From an uncultured Acidobacteriota bacterium (lineage in GTDB: Bacteria; Actinomycetota; Acidimicrobiia; Spongiisociales; ZC4RG35), in assembly GCA_963828465.1 (NCBI GenBank), contig CAWHEU010000021.1:64001-128000 (forward strand): a DNA stretch of 64,000 nucleotides. The letters are read 5' to 3'. Below, in pieces: positions 50,067 to 59,814 of the stretch. The notes below the pieces were generated by a model. It was not told the origin of the DNA, did no database searches, and saw only the letters and a program-made list of their open reading frames with translations. The translations under genes were made by a program, and so were the position numbers. Every line of letters begins with the position of its first letter. Within the stretch, counting starts at the first letter, position 1.

Positions 50067-50926
50067 TCTCCACCCCGCGCCGAAACGAACACCCTGGGCT
50101 CAGCCGGCTGAGCCCCGAGCTTCGAGGCCACGACCACCCCGACCAAACTCATGACCCCGCCGATCACGGCGACCAGCACCCCGATCTGCGACGCATAGAA
50201 CTCGCGGAAGGGCCCAGCTCTTGCGGTCATGGCGACAAGCACCAGCCAGGGGAGGATGAAGACGATGCGTGAGTTGATCTTCTGTTCGAGCGCATCGGTT
50301 CGGATCTCTTCCAGAGTCCACAGATCCTTCGTCGTTGCATCGGCCAGATCGGAGAGGATCTCGGGCACAACGGCACCCCCACGCTCGTAAGCCAGGATCA
50401 ACACCTCGATGACACGGTCGGAGGTCGGGTCGGCCAGATCGGATTTGATCATCTCGAGCGCGGGCACAACTCCGAGACTGTGCGAATAGACCGGAAAGCC
50501 CCGAAAGGCGTCGCGTAGGGGAACCGGCCCGTACGAAGCGAGGCCCTCGATCGCGGTGGGAAGCGATGCCCCCGATCTGACCGACGCCAGGAGATCCCGG
50601 AGCCCGTCGGGCCACGCCCGTTGCACGTCGTCGAGCCGCTGCGACCGCTTTCGAGAGAAATACGCCTTGGGAAGAGTCGACACGACCACGGCGGGCATCA
50701 ACGAGACGATTGGAAGGGATGTCAGGGCGAAAACGACCGCGTAGGTGCCGAGTCCGGCGCCAAGTGAGGCAAGCCAGAACTGCCCAGGAGTCACGTCGAG
50801 CCCGGATTCCTTCAGCCAACTCGCCTTCATGGACGTGGGCCGGCTCCTATGCCTGAAGCCAACGACCACACGCCTCATTACGAGCGCCAATGCAATCGAG
50901 GTGGCCAGGGCCGCGGCGAGTGTCAC
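50063..50926 (-). CDS. TadB (T2SS F-family)
   Basis: WPDGLRDLLASVRSGASL, LADPTSD, ERGG. Confidence 0.87.
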   Translation of the reverse strand: MTLAAALATSIALALVMRRVVVGFRHRSRPTSMKASWLKESGLDVTPGQFWLASLGAGLGTYAVVFALTSLPIVSLMPAVVVSTLPKAYFSRKRSQRLDDVQRAWPDGLRDLLASVRSGASLPTAIEGLASYGPVPLRDAFRGFPVYSHSLGVVPALEMIKSDLADPTSDRVIEVLILAYERGGAVVPEILSDLADATTKDLWTLEEIRTDALEQKINSRIVFILPWLVLVAMTARAGPFREFYASQIGVLVAVIGGVMSLVGVVVASKLGAQPAEPRVFVSARGGE

Positions 50927-52196
50927 CAACTCGCCTCTCCCTGCAACACCTGGGTCAGGTTGGCCCCTCCGGGCAGCGCGCGCTCGAGACGCCGGATGAG
51001 GGCTTGCGGCGGCATCGACCCAGTCCATTCGAGTGGGCCACCCAGTCGATCCCGCCGGAACAGGGGCTCGGATGAGAAGTCTTCGTGAAGAGACGGGACC
51101 AGAGCACGGATCTCCATCGTCTGGCGTCGGATGCCGCCGCCGGTCGGTTCGACATCTCGCTCGAGGTGGATGACCAGATCGATCGACGAGGCGAAAACCT
51201 TGCGCACCACCCGCTCCGGGACGTTCTCTCCAGCCATCAAGGCAGCGTTCACCAGGGCATCGAGTGCATCCGGTGCCGAGTTGGCATGGATAGTGCAGGC
51301 GAGACCGCATCCTGCGTTTACGGCGCGGGTCAACTCGAAGGCTTCTCCTCCCCTGACTTCGCCGACAACTATCAGGTCCGGGCGCATCGCCAGCGTGGCT
51401 TTGACAAGTTGTCGCAGGCTGATCTCCCCGCCGCCGTCCAACGATGGGGGCCGGGCCTCGTAATAGGACCCATGGACGATCGGGACGTGCAACTCCCTGA
51501 TCTCCTCGCATGCCCGAACACAGTGGTCGGACGGGACAGCAGCAATCAGAGCAGAGAGGAACGAGGTCTTGCCGGCACCGGGAGGGCCACTCACGATTAC
51601 AGAGGTGGACGAGCGCATAGCGAGGCTGAGGAAATCCGCAGCACCGCAGCGTCAACGATCCGAGTTCGACTAACGAGGCGAGCGTCTCCTTCCGGAGCGC
51701 GTAGCGGCGAATAGTGGCTGATAGATGGTCGGAGACCGGCGGGATCACCGCTGTAAGACGCGGCCGACCCATCGAGGATGCGCGCTTGGGATACTGGGTG
51801 AGAGGCATCGAGCCGCCGGTCGGTGGCTGCCATCAGCCGCTCTACCACCTGGCGATTCTCCGACTCGGAGCTCGGCACATCCAGCCCACGAAGCCGACCC
51901 CCGGCTTCGAGGAAGGTCACTCTGTCGCCTTCGATGAAGATCTCCTCCACGTCGTCGCGATCGAGGAGATCCCCCAACGGTCCAAAATAGGACACCGATT
52001 GGAGCAGGCGCCGCACGGTCGCATCCGGGTCTGCCAGCGAACGGGTCTCACCCATGTGTGCGTGTCGCTGATAGTCGTCAACGGCCGCCCGCAGTAGCTC
52101 GACGAGCCGAGCGGTGTCGCGTTGCGGGTCGAGTCCCGAGCCGTCGATCTTCTCGAGCGCTCGCCTCCGGATCTCGTGATAGGCATCGACCGTCAT
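50923..52196 (-). CDS. TadA/CpaF assembly ATPase, two frameshifts (~51650, ~51770)
   Basis: GPLGDLLDRDDVEEI, RLTAVIPP, GPPGAGKT, LAMRPDLIVVGEVRG, TIHAN. Confidence 0.9.
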
Positions 52197-53293
52197 CCCG
52201 CAGCCCGATCGATCAGGGACGCCACCCGGCTCAACGATTTCACGAAGGGACCCCGTCTCAGACGTGTCCCATCCCACGACGCACGCTCGAGTCGGCTCTC
52301 TTCGGGGACCAGGATGACCGGCATCGCCGGAAGCAGACGGGCCATCTCTGCCCTGATCTCGAGACGCCGGCGACTCCCGGCAGCGACACGGTTGACCAGG
52401 GCCACCGTGTCAGGCGCGTCAGTCCTGGTGGACAGTTCCTGAACAGATCGGACCAACCGTGACATGCCCACTGGATTTCCTAGGCCGACCACGATGAGGA
52501 CCTGGAAACGTACGTGTTCGAGGCGATCAGGGCGCGGGCATCCCAGATCCGCGATCACCACTTCGTAGCCGGCCTTTCCGACTTCGTCGAAGACACCTTC
52601 GATTTCCACCGGTGGGATGTCGTAGGGCGACATCGCATTGGCGAGGCCACCGATCACGTCGACCGAGTCATGGTCGAGAATCGCCTCGGTGACCGAACCT
52701 GAGTCGTGATGGGCGGCCTCGAGCGCCGTTAGGAGGTTCGGATGGACCGGGAGATCGAGGCGCTGCGCCATGGATGGCGTCCTCTCGTCCAGGTCCATCA
52801 GAAGCGTGGGTCGTGAGAACGAAAGGCTCGTGGCAATCCCGATCGCGATTTCAGTGCAGCCCACCCCACCGATAGGCCCGAGCACGCCAACACGAAAGGA
52901 ACCAGACGCAGGCACGACAGCCGACGCCGGTCCACTCCGGTGGAGCAGAGTTGCCTCGGCCGATGCAAGGAACTCGTCTGGAGCCGCGCTCTCTTCGATC
53001 ACATCGGTGATGCCGCACTCGAGGAGGTGCCGCTTGGCGTCGGGCGCGTCTACCGGGTCGTACACCCCGACGATCTCCCGTCCCAGTTCCCGGACTCTTC
53101 GGACCAGACGGGGCGTCAGGAACGAGCAGACGTCGTCGATGAACAAGACCTCGTACTGATCGGTCACCGCCTGTTCCGGGCCCATGACCCGTGAGCGGAC
53201 TCTCCCTCCACCGTGGTCGATCAGGAACCGGTGGAGCCGGTCCGGCCAGGCTCGGGCAGAGGCGGCGAGAGCCAACTCGGGTCCGGTGTTCAC
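52193..53293 (-). CDS. CpaE/TadZ-like protein (receiver-like domain plus degenerate MinD ATPase)
   Basis: GPIGGVGCT deviant P-loop, LMDLD, VIADLG, LVNRV. Confidence 0.75.
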   Translation of the reverse strand: MNTGPELALAASARAWPDRLHRFLIDHGGGRVRSRVMGPEQAVTDQYEVLFIDDVCSFLTPRLVRRVRELGREIVGVYDPVDAPDAKRHLLECGITDVIEESAAPDEFLASAEATLLHRSGPASAVVPASGSFRVGVLGPIGGVGCTEIAIGIATSLSFSRPTLLMDLDERTPSMAQRLDLPVHPNLLTALEAAHHDSGSVTEAILDHDSVDVIGGLANAMSPYDIPPVEIEGVFDEVGKAGYEVVIADLGCPRPDRLEHVRFQVLIVVGLGNPVGMSRLVRSVQELSTRTDAPDTVALVNRVAAGSRRRLEIRAEMARLLPAMPVILVPEESRLERASWDGTRLRRGPFVKSLSRVASLIDRAAG

Positions 53294-53970
53294 CCTTTTG
53301 CCTCCTCGAGAACGTCTGCACCTGTGGACCGGAGGATCTCCAGAGACCCGTCCGCGATTGCACGGGCGAGGGCCAGTGCCTGGGCAGGGCTCACCCCAAC
53401 GACAACGTGATAGGGACCGGCAGCCGACAATCCGGTTTGCGTCGTGTCGGCAATGCTGACAACTTCGAGATCGCTGGCCACAAACACCGGCTCCTCGCCG
53501 ACCATCGAAATGACATCCACACGATCCCCGATGACCAATGTGGCTCCGGCGGCGTGCTCGGCCGCCACCGGGATGCTCATCGTGCGAAGCCCATCGCCGG
53601 CGCCGGGCCGGATGACGTCAGACCGATCGATCAGCTGCCCTTCGCCGACCGGCCGGCCGACGATCCATCCCTCGAGACGCTCGAGATCGGCCTCCCCCAC
53701 CAAGTGGTCGAGACCCTCGAAGTCAGCCGAAAGAGGAACAAGTCGGACGATGTCCGACGTGAGAGGAGAGCCGGCCGCGATCGGGGAGTCGGCGATGGCG
53801 ACCAATGTCGTGGCGTCCCGGCTCTGAAGAGCGAGATAGTTGAGGACGAATGCAACGACGACAGCGAATGCGATCGCAATATGAGACAGAGACGGTCGAT
53901 AGCGAGCCGACCGGACGGTCGGTGCCGAGGTGCCCGCTTCCCTCGTCAGGACGGAGGGACTCGTCTCCAC
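53290..53970 (-). CDS. CpaB/RcpC SAF-domain protein
   Basis: N-terminal TM, IAAGSPLT SAF domain, GDRVDVI. Confidence 0.8.
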   Translation of the reverse strand: METSPSVLTREAGTSAPTVRSARYRPSLSHIAIAFAVVVAFVLNYLALQSRDATTLVAIADSPIAAGSPLTSDIVRLVPLSADFEGLDHLVGEADLERLEGWIVGRPVGEGQLIDRSDVIRPGAGDGLRTMSIPVAAEHAAGATLVIGDRVDVISMVGEEPVFVASDLEVVSIADTTQTGLSAAGPYHVVVGVSPAQALALARAIADGSLEILRSTGADVLEEAKG

Positions 53971-54025
53971 TTTGATGTGAACCTATTCGTCGAACCTGCA
54001 GTCGATGTCGAGAGCGCGAAAGTAG

Positions 54026-54556
54026 ATGGAACAAACGCCGGACCGGGATGTGGAGTCTCACCTTCGCCACGGGGCTGGGAGGGAGTGGTTGGAGGAGGCT
54101 GCCGAGGACGAACAACTCACCGAGTTGCTTCGGAGGCGGCGGTTGGACCTTTCCGGGCGAGCCCTCGAACTTGTTCACCGCGGAGAGCGTGTGCGGGCCG
54201 AGACGGGAGCCCACACGTTCTCCGGCCGCGTCGTGTACGCCGGCGCGGACTTCGCCAGCATCGATCGGGGCGACGACAGGGTGGAGATAGTCCTCGACTC
54301 GGCGATTTGGACAGTGGAACGAGGCGAGTCGGGTGGCAACGAGCAGAGCGGCGACAAACTCACCTTCCGCGCCCGGCTCGCCGAAATCGCGGCTGCAGCG
54401 GAGATGGTGCGCATGGTCGTTGTCGATGGGAGGGCCATCGTCGGGTCGATCGATGTCGTAGCCACCGACCACGCCGAATTGACCCAGGACGGGAACACGA
54501 TCGTTGTCCCCATCCGCCAGATAGCGGCGGTGATCCGCTCTACATCTCACTTCTGA
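54026..54556 (+). CDS. hypothetical protein with two similar beta-barrel repeats
   Basis: ERVRAETGAHTFSGRVVYAGADF and EMVRMVVVDGRAIVGSIDVVATDH. Confidence 0.75.
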   Translation: MEQTPDRDVESHLRHGAGREWLEEAAEDEQLTELLRRRRLDLSGRALELVHRGERVRAETGAHTFSGRVVYAGADFASIDRGDDRVEIVLDSAIWTVERGESGGNEQSGDKLTFRARLAEIAAAAEMVRMVVVDGRAIVGSIDVVATDHAELTQDGNTIVVPIRQIAAVIRSTSHF

Positions 54557-54758
54557 CATTGTCGGTCTCCGCAGTCACCGGGTGGGCCCGGACGAACTCG
54601 TAGATCTCGTCCCGGAAGAACTTGAACGTCCGACCACCGGGGAGTTTGTAGGCGGGCAGCCTCCCCTCTCTGGCATATCGCCTGACCATCTGCACATTCA
54701 TTCCCAGCAACTCCGCTACCTGCGCCGCGTCGAGGATCGGTGGGTAGTCCTCAGCCAT
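54540..54758 (-). CDS. small excisionase/BldC-like HTH DNA-binding protein
   Basis: LDAAQVAELLGMNVQMVRRYAREGRLPAYKLPGGR; GAGG RBS. Confidence 0.85.
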   Translation of the reverse strand: MAEDYPPILDAAQVAELLGMNVQMVRRYAREGRLPAYKLPGGRTFKFFRDEIYEFVRAHPVTAETDNVRSEM

Positions 54759-54864
54759 CTGTCGTCCTCTTCGTTACTCGAGATGAGCCTACGGCATCCA
54801 GGGATTGGTTGGAATGGGCTCGGTTCCGGCTTCACCAAATGGCCATACCGGCCGATATCTGAGC

Positions 54865-55242
54865 ATGCTCGAGTTCTATCTCGGTTACAGCATGGGCCAG
54901 TCTTCGGCCAGCCGGGCCGCCTCTTTGGCGCGGAGCGCGGCCGTCGCCGACGGGACCCATCACACGAACCGGATCGAGGACCTCAACGAGCGGATCGACC
55001 GCCTGGTGATGATCATGCGGGCCACGCTGGCTCTTCTCGAGGAGCAGGGCATCACACCCGAGAAATTGATGGCGAAGATCGAGGAGCTCGATCTCCAGGA
55101 CGGAGTCGACGACGAGCGAGTCCGCGAACTGATCGTCGAGTGCCCCTCCTGCCAGTCCAAGGTGGCGCCGGGTCTGCGCAATTGCCAGCTGTGTGGGACC
55201 GAGGTCAGGGCCGATACCGGTCACCCGCTCGGTCACGTCTGA
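54865..55242 (+). CDS. hypothetical protein, coiled coil plus C-terminal zinc ribbon
   Basis: IEDLNERIDRL; CPSC...CQLC. Confidence 0.8.
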   Translation: MLEFYLGYSMGQSSASRAASLARSAAVADGTHHTNRIEDLNERIDRLVMIMRATLALLEEQGITPEKLMAKIEELDLQDGVDDERVRELIVECPSCQSKVAPGLRNCQLCGTEVRADTGHPLGHV

Positions 55243-55289
55243 CCTGATCCGAGACAATTCGGCAACACGCCCCTCAATACACTCCGCCG

Positions 55290-56726
55290 ATGGGCAGCTT
55301 CGACGAGGTCCACGGCCCCGACGGGGTGCGGGCTCACTATCAGGCGTTGATGAATCGTCTCGCCGAGATCGGGGACGCCGAGCTCGCCGATCGCCTCGGG
55401 CTGCTCGACTCCTTCTTCCGCACCCTCGGTATCACCTTCGCCGTCACCGGCCATGAGGGTGGTCTCGAACGCACATGGCCGATGGACCTGGTGCCACGGA
55501 TCATCCCCCCGGACGAATGGAGCCACATCGAATCCGGGCTCGTCCAGCGGGTAACGGTCCTCAACCGATTCCTCGACGATCTCTACGTCGGCGGTCAACA
55601 GGCGATCAACGACGGCATCATCCCCCGCTGGCTGGTCGAGTCGGCCGACGGATACGTGCGCGAAGCCCACGGCATCCCGGCCCCCCGAGGCTCGCGCTGT
55701 GTAGTGGCCGGGATCGACATCGTCCGTGATGACGAAGGCACGTATCGGGTGCTCGAAGACAACCTGCGGGTGCCGAGCGGGATCTCCTATGTCCTGGAGA
55801 ACAGGGTGGCGATGACCCGAATCCTCCCGGTCGGTTTCGCCAGCCATGTCATCAGACCTGTGGACCACTACGGGGCCTCGCTTCTCCGGGCCCTGCGTGC
55901 GATCGCCCCGCCAGGCGTCGATGATCCGACCGTCGTCGTATTGACCCCCGGGGTGGCCAACTCCGCATATTTCGAGCATGCCTTCCTCGCCCGTCAGATG
56001 GGCATCGAACTGGTGGAGGGCCGAGACCTGCTGGTCGACGATCGCCACGTCTTCATGCGCACGACCAAGGGCCTCAAACGCGTCGACGTGATCTACCGCC
56101 GGGTCAACGACGAGTTCCTCGACCCCGTCGTCTTCCGCCAGGACAGCCTGCTCGGCGTGCCCGGGCTCCACGGGGCGGCACGGGCGGGGACGGTGACCAT
56201 CGCCAACGCCATCGGGAACGGGGCGGTCGACGACAAAGGGGTCTATCCCTACATCCCCGCCCTCATCGAGTACTACCTCGGCGAGGAGCCGATCCTCCCC
56301 AATGTCACTACCTATCTCCCCTGGGAGCCCGACCAGCTGGCGGTCATCTTGAGCCGCCTCGACCAGCTGGTGGTGAAGCCGGTGGCCGAGGCCGGCGGTT
56401 ACGGAATCGTGATCGGCAGCGTGGCCGACGAGGCAACCCTTGCCGCCACCGCCGACGCGCTCCACGCCAACCCGAGGGGATACATCGCCCAGGAGATCGT
56501 CCAGCTTTCCACCCATCCCACCTTCGTCGACGGGCATCTCGAGCCTCGCCACGTCGACCTCCGCCCATTCGTGCTCAGCGGCGACAGGATCGAGGTGGTG
56601 CCCGGCGGCCTCACCAGGGTGGCAATGCGTAAGGGATCCCTCATCGTCAACTCCTCGCAGGGCGGCGGGTCCAAGGACACGTGGGTGCTGGGCAACGGGA
56701 TCGGTCATGCTGTCACGCCACGCTGA
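55290..56726 (+). CDS. circularly permuted type 2 ATP-grasp protein
   Basis: GITF, DLVPRII, VLEDNLRVPSGISY, NSAYFEH, DDKG, RHVDLRPF, VNSSQGGGSKDTW. Confidence 0.95.
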   Translation: MGSFDEVHGPDGVRAHYQALMNRLAEIGDAELADRLGLLDSFFRTLGITFAVTGHEGGLERTWPMDLVPRIIPPDEWSHIESGLVQRVTVLNRFLDDLYVGGQQAINDGIIPRWLVESADGYVREAHGIPAPRGSRCVVAGIDIVRDDEGTYRVLEDNLRVPSGISYVLENRVAMTRILPVGFASHVIRPVDHYGASLLRALRAIAPPGVDDPTVVVLTPGVANSAYFEHAFLARQMGIELVEGRDLLVDDRHVFMRTTKGLKRVDVIYRRVNDEFLDPVVFRQDSLLGVPGLHGAARAGTVTIANAIGNGAVDDKGVYPYIPALIEYYLGEEPILPNVTTYLPWEPDQLAVILSRLDQLVVKPVAEAGGYGIVIGSVADEATLAATADALHANPRGYIAQEIVQLSTHPTFVDGHLEPRHVDLRPFVLSGDRIEVVPGGLTRVAMRKGSLIVNSSQGGGSKDTWVLGNGIGHAVTPR

Positions 56727-57660
56727 AGACCTCTATTGGGTCGGTCGCTACGTCGAGCGAGCCGAAGACACCGCCCGAATGCTCGACGTGACCTATCACA
56801 ACCTCCTCGAATCTCCGGGCGACGGGGCGGAAACCACCTGGGGCGAGCTGCTCGAAGTCCTCTACGTCAACGCTCTCTATACCGGCCCGTTGGAGAGCAG
56901 CGCCGTCAGCAGCTACCTGGTCGCCGATCGGACCAACCCGGGGTCGATCATCTCGGCGGTGGAGCGGGCCCGTGACAACGCACGCGGCCTGCGGGACCGG
57001 ATCTCCACCGAGTTGTGGGAGGCGATCAATGTCTTCCATCTCGATCTGGCCCGCGCCGACTTCCACCTCGATCTCGACCGACGGGCCTACGAGGTATTCC
57101 GGAGCATCAAGAGCAGGTGTCAGCTGATCAGCGGCGTCGCAGCCCAGACCATGCCCCGGGACGAGGGCTACCGATTCATGCTGCTCGGCCTCCTCCTGGA
57201 GCGCGCCGAGATGACCTGCCGCCTCCTCTCCGTCCGATACGCCCGTCTCGCAGGAGGCGATGGTCAATCCGGGTTTCACGCCTGGGTGTCGGTGCTCAAG
57301 TCGGTCTCGGCCTACGAGGCGTATCTCAAGGCGCACGACGCATCGCTCGACCCGACCGATGTGCTCCAGTTCCTGCTGCTGGACCAGGAGTTCCCTCGCA
57401 GCGTCCTCTACTGCCTCCAGCAGGTCGAGCGTTTGATCGACCGGCTCGCCGGGACGAACCATCAGACCAGCATGGAGCGGGCGGTCGGGCGGGTGCGGGC
57501 ACATGCGGAGTTCACCGACATCCCGACCATCGTCGACGGGCGGCTCGACCCGTTCCTCGAGGAACTGCAGCGGGAGATCTATGAGGTCTCCGACGAGGTG
57601 GAGGCCCATTTCTTCCGTGCCGGCACCGATCTCCAACTCCACTTCCAGAGGTGGGCATGA
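56707..57660 (+). CDS. alpha-E domain protein
   Basis: MLSRHAEDLYWVGRYVERAEDTAR, ARDNAR, LERAEMT, FPRS. Confidence 0.93.
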   Translation: MLSRHAEDLYWVGRYVERAEDTARMLDVTYHNLLESPGDGAETTWGELLEVLYVNALYTGPLESSAVSSYLVADRTNPGSIISAVERARDNARGLRDRISTELWEAINVFHLDLARADFHLDLDRRAYEVFRSIKSRCQLISGVAAQTMPRDEGYRFMLLGLLLERAEMTCRLLSVRYARLAGGDGQSGFHAWVSVLKSVSAYEAYLKAHDASLDPTDVLQFLLLDQEFPRSVLYCLQQVERLIDRLAGTNHQTSMERAVGRVRAHAEFTDIPTIVDGRLDPFLEELQREIYEVSDEVEAHFFRAGTDLQLHFQRWA

Positions 57661-58529
57661 GGCTCGAGATCCGCTACCTCAACGAGTTCAACTACCGGGA
57701 GCCGGCCTGGGAATCGCACAACCTGCTCCGGGCCTGCCCGGCCAACGACGACCATCAGCGGTTGATCGCCTACCGGGTCGAAGTCACGCCGACCGCCCGG
57801 GTCCACTCCTACACCGACTATTGGGGGACGAGGGTCGACGAGTTCGGGGTCGTCGAGCCGCACCACGATCTCCGCATCATGGCCGAGTCGACCGTCGAGA
57901 CAACGACAGCCCAAGTCCCACCCGGTGACGCGACCGTCGACGCGCTCGACGCCGTGCGAGCGGAGCTGTCGAGCTTTCTCCGGCCATCGCCCCACGCCAT
58001 CTGGGACGCGCCCATCGAAGAGGCGGCCAGGGTGGCCATGGGCGGCGCGGTTGACGTGGTGGACGTCGCAACCGCCGTCTCAGACAAGGTCACATCCACC
58101 CTCGACTATGTGCCGGGCGCCACTTACGTAGGCGTCGATGTGGCCGACGTGATGTCACAAGGCAAAGGGGTGTGCCAGGACTTCGCCCATCTCGGCATCG
58201 CCATGTATCGCAGCATCGGCGTCCCGGCCCGGTATGTGTCCGGCTATCTCTACGCCGTGGAGCAGACCTCGGCGGTGGCGCCGGACGAGCCCGAGCTGAG
58301 CGTGCAGACCCATGCCTGGCTCGAGGTCTTCGTGCCGGGATACGGTTGGTGGGGCCTCGACCCGACCAACGCCCAACCCGTAGGGGAACTCCACGTAAAG
58401 ATCGGGCACGGCCGGGATTACCAGGATGTCATGCCCCTGCGTGGCGTCTACCACGGTGGGGCGGATCACCAACTGGGGGTTCAGGTGCGGATCAGCCGGG
58501 AACGGCTGTCCCAGATGGCAGAGCAGTAG
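57657..58529 (+). CDS. transglutaminase-family protein
   Basis: GVCQDFAH, PARYVSGY, THAW, DPTN, GRDYQDV. Confidence 0.95.
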   Translation: MRLEIRYLNEFNYREPAWESHNLLRACPANDDHQRLIAYRVEVTPTARVHSYTDYWGTRVDEFGVVEPHHDLRIMAESTVETTTAQVPPGDATVDALDAVRAELSSFLRPSPHAIWDAPIEEAARVAMGGAVDVVDVATAVSDKVTSTLDYVPGATYVGVDVADVMSQGKGVCQDFAHLGIAMYRSIGVPARYVSGYLYAVEQTSAVAPDEPELSVQTHAWLEVFVPGYGWWGLDPTNAQPVGELHVKIGHGRDYQDVMPLRGVYHGGADHQLGVQVRISRERLSQMAEQ

Positions 58530-58631
58530 CGGCCCACCGTTTTCTCAATGGATTTATCATCGATTTAGGGTCTCTGGGTTCACGATCGAGTGTTTGTGCC
58601 CAAAACCGATGAAGAAGGAGCTCTGATCACC

Positions 58632-59813
58632 TTGGTGTCGAAGAGGCAATTGCTGGTGGCGTTGGCCGTGGTGTCCACGCTGGCTCTGGCCCCTGCGGCT
58701 CTAGCGCAGACGGAGGAGGAGACACCCACCACGCTCCCCGCCACCGCTCTGACCGTCAGCACCCCGTTCCCGTCGGTCGCGGTAACGCCTGGGGACCAGG
58801 TCAGCTTCCCGTTGACCGTCGCCGCTCCGGCCCAGGTCCCGGTCACTCTCGCAGTGGAGGGGGCTCCGGAAGACTGGACCGCTGCGTTCCGTGGTGGCGG
58901 CTTCGAGGTCGACTCGGTCACCGCCGGTCCCGGGCTGAATCCCGAACTCACTTTCGATGTCACCGTCCCGACCAGCGTGACTGAAGGCGACTTCCCGATG
59001 ACCATCACCGCTTCCGGCGGAGGCGACTCGGTTTCCCTCCCTATCGCGGTCAGGGTCTCGGTCCAGGCCGGTGGCGAGGTGACACTCACCCCCACCTTCC
59101 CTGGTCTTCGCACCCCGGCCGGTGAGGCTGCCACCTTCAACGTGGAGCTGAACAACGGCACCCCCGCGGATCTCGAGTTCGAGCTGAGCCCCACCGCGCC
59201 AGCCGGCTGGGATATCACCGCCGAGCTCTCCGGTCAGGCGCAGGCCGCCACTGTCCTCGTAGAGGCCGGCGCTACCGAGACGATCAACGTCGAGGTGACC
59301 CCGCCCTTCCAGGCCGAGGCAGCCCAATACCCGGTCACGCTCGTGGCTACCGCGCCCGGCACGACGGTTGAGACCGAAATGATCGTGGAGGTGACCGGAT
59401 CCTTCGCCTTGGAGATGTCGACCCCGGACCAGCGCCTCAATGCCGAGGTCACTGTGGGCAGCACGAGCGACTTCCAGATCATTCTCACCAACACCGGGAC
59501 CGCCGACCTGGCCAACGTCGTCATGGGTGTCACCCCGCCGACCGGCTGGGAGGTCGGCTTCGATACCCAGGAAGTGGCCATACCGGCAGGTGAGACCGTG
59601 CCTGTAACGGCGACTATCACCCCATCGGAGGAAGCCGTGGCCGGGGACTATGTGATCACCTTCACCGCCACCAATGAGGAAGTCGACGTCCCAGAGATGG
59701 AGATCCGGACGACGGTCAATCCGTCGGCCATCTGGGGATTCGTCGGTATCGCGGTGATCGCCCTCACACTGGCCGGCCTCGCCTGGGTCTTCCGCCGCTT
59801 CGGCCGTCGCTGA
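58632..59813 (+). CDS. surface protein with tandem Ig-like NEW3/NPCBM-associated domains and a C-terminal TM
   Basis: Signal peptide; three repeats with P-x-x-W and G-D/Q-Y/F motifs; C-terminal TM followed by RRFGRR. Confidence 0.8.
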   Translation: MVSKRQLLVALAVVSTLALAPAALAQTEEETPTTLPATALTVSTPFPSVAVTPGDQVSFPLTVAAPAQVPVTLAVEGAPEDWTAAFRGGGFEVDSVTAGPGLNPELTFDVTVPTSVTEGDFPMTITASGGGDSVSLPIAVRVSVQAGGEVTLTPTFPGLRTPAGEAATFNVELNNGTPADLEFELSPTAPAGWDITAELSGQAQAATVLVEAGATETINVEVTPPFQAEAAQYPVTLVATAPGTTVETEMIVEVTGSFALEMSTPDQRLNAEVTVGSTSDFQIILTNTGTADLANVVMGVTPPTGWEVGFDTQEVAIPAGETVPVTATITPSEEAVAGDYVITFTATNEEVDVPEMEIRTTVNPSAIWGFVGIAVIALTLAGLAWVFRRFGRR

Positions 59814-59814
59814 C

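Noticed and set aside
349-52196. Frameshifts in the kinase, M23 peptidase, menE, META protein, DUF222, ppdK, glycerate kinase, HNH and tadA as pseudogenes or programmed frameshifts
   Set aside because: They are scattered small indels in otherwise intact genes, with no consistent slippery motif seen. Long-read consensus error is the simpler explanation; read mapping would decide.
53990-54005. TCGAAC-CTGC-AGTCGA as a LexA box controlling the tad operon
   Set aside because: Two mismatches in the GTTC half-site make it too weak without conservation data.
19979-54603. Long antisense or alternate-frame ORFs (e.g. 19979..21577, 40846..42531, 53191..54603)
   Set aside because: They shadow well-supported genes, are Arg/Pro/Gly-rich and have no recognisable motifs.
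47490-54758. Tad region as an integrative element (tRNA at one end, excisionase-like HTH at the other)
   Set aside because: No integrase, no att repeat, host-like composition, and the tRNA 3' ends face away from the tad genes.
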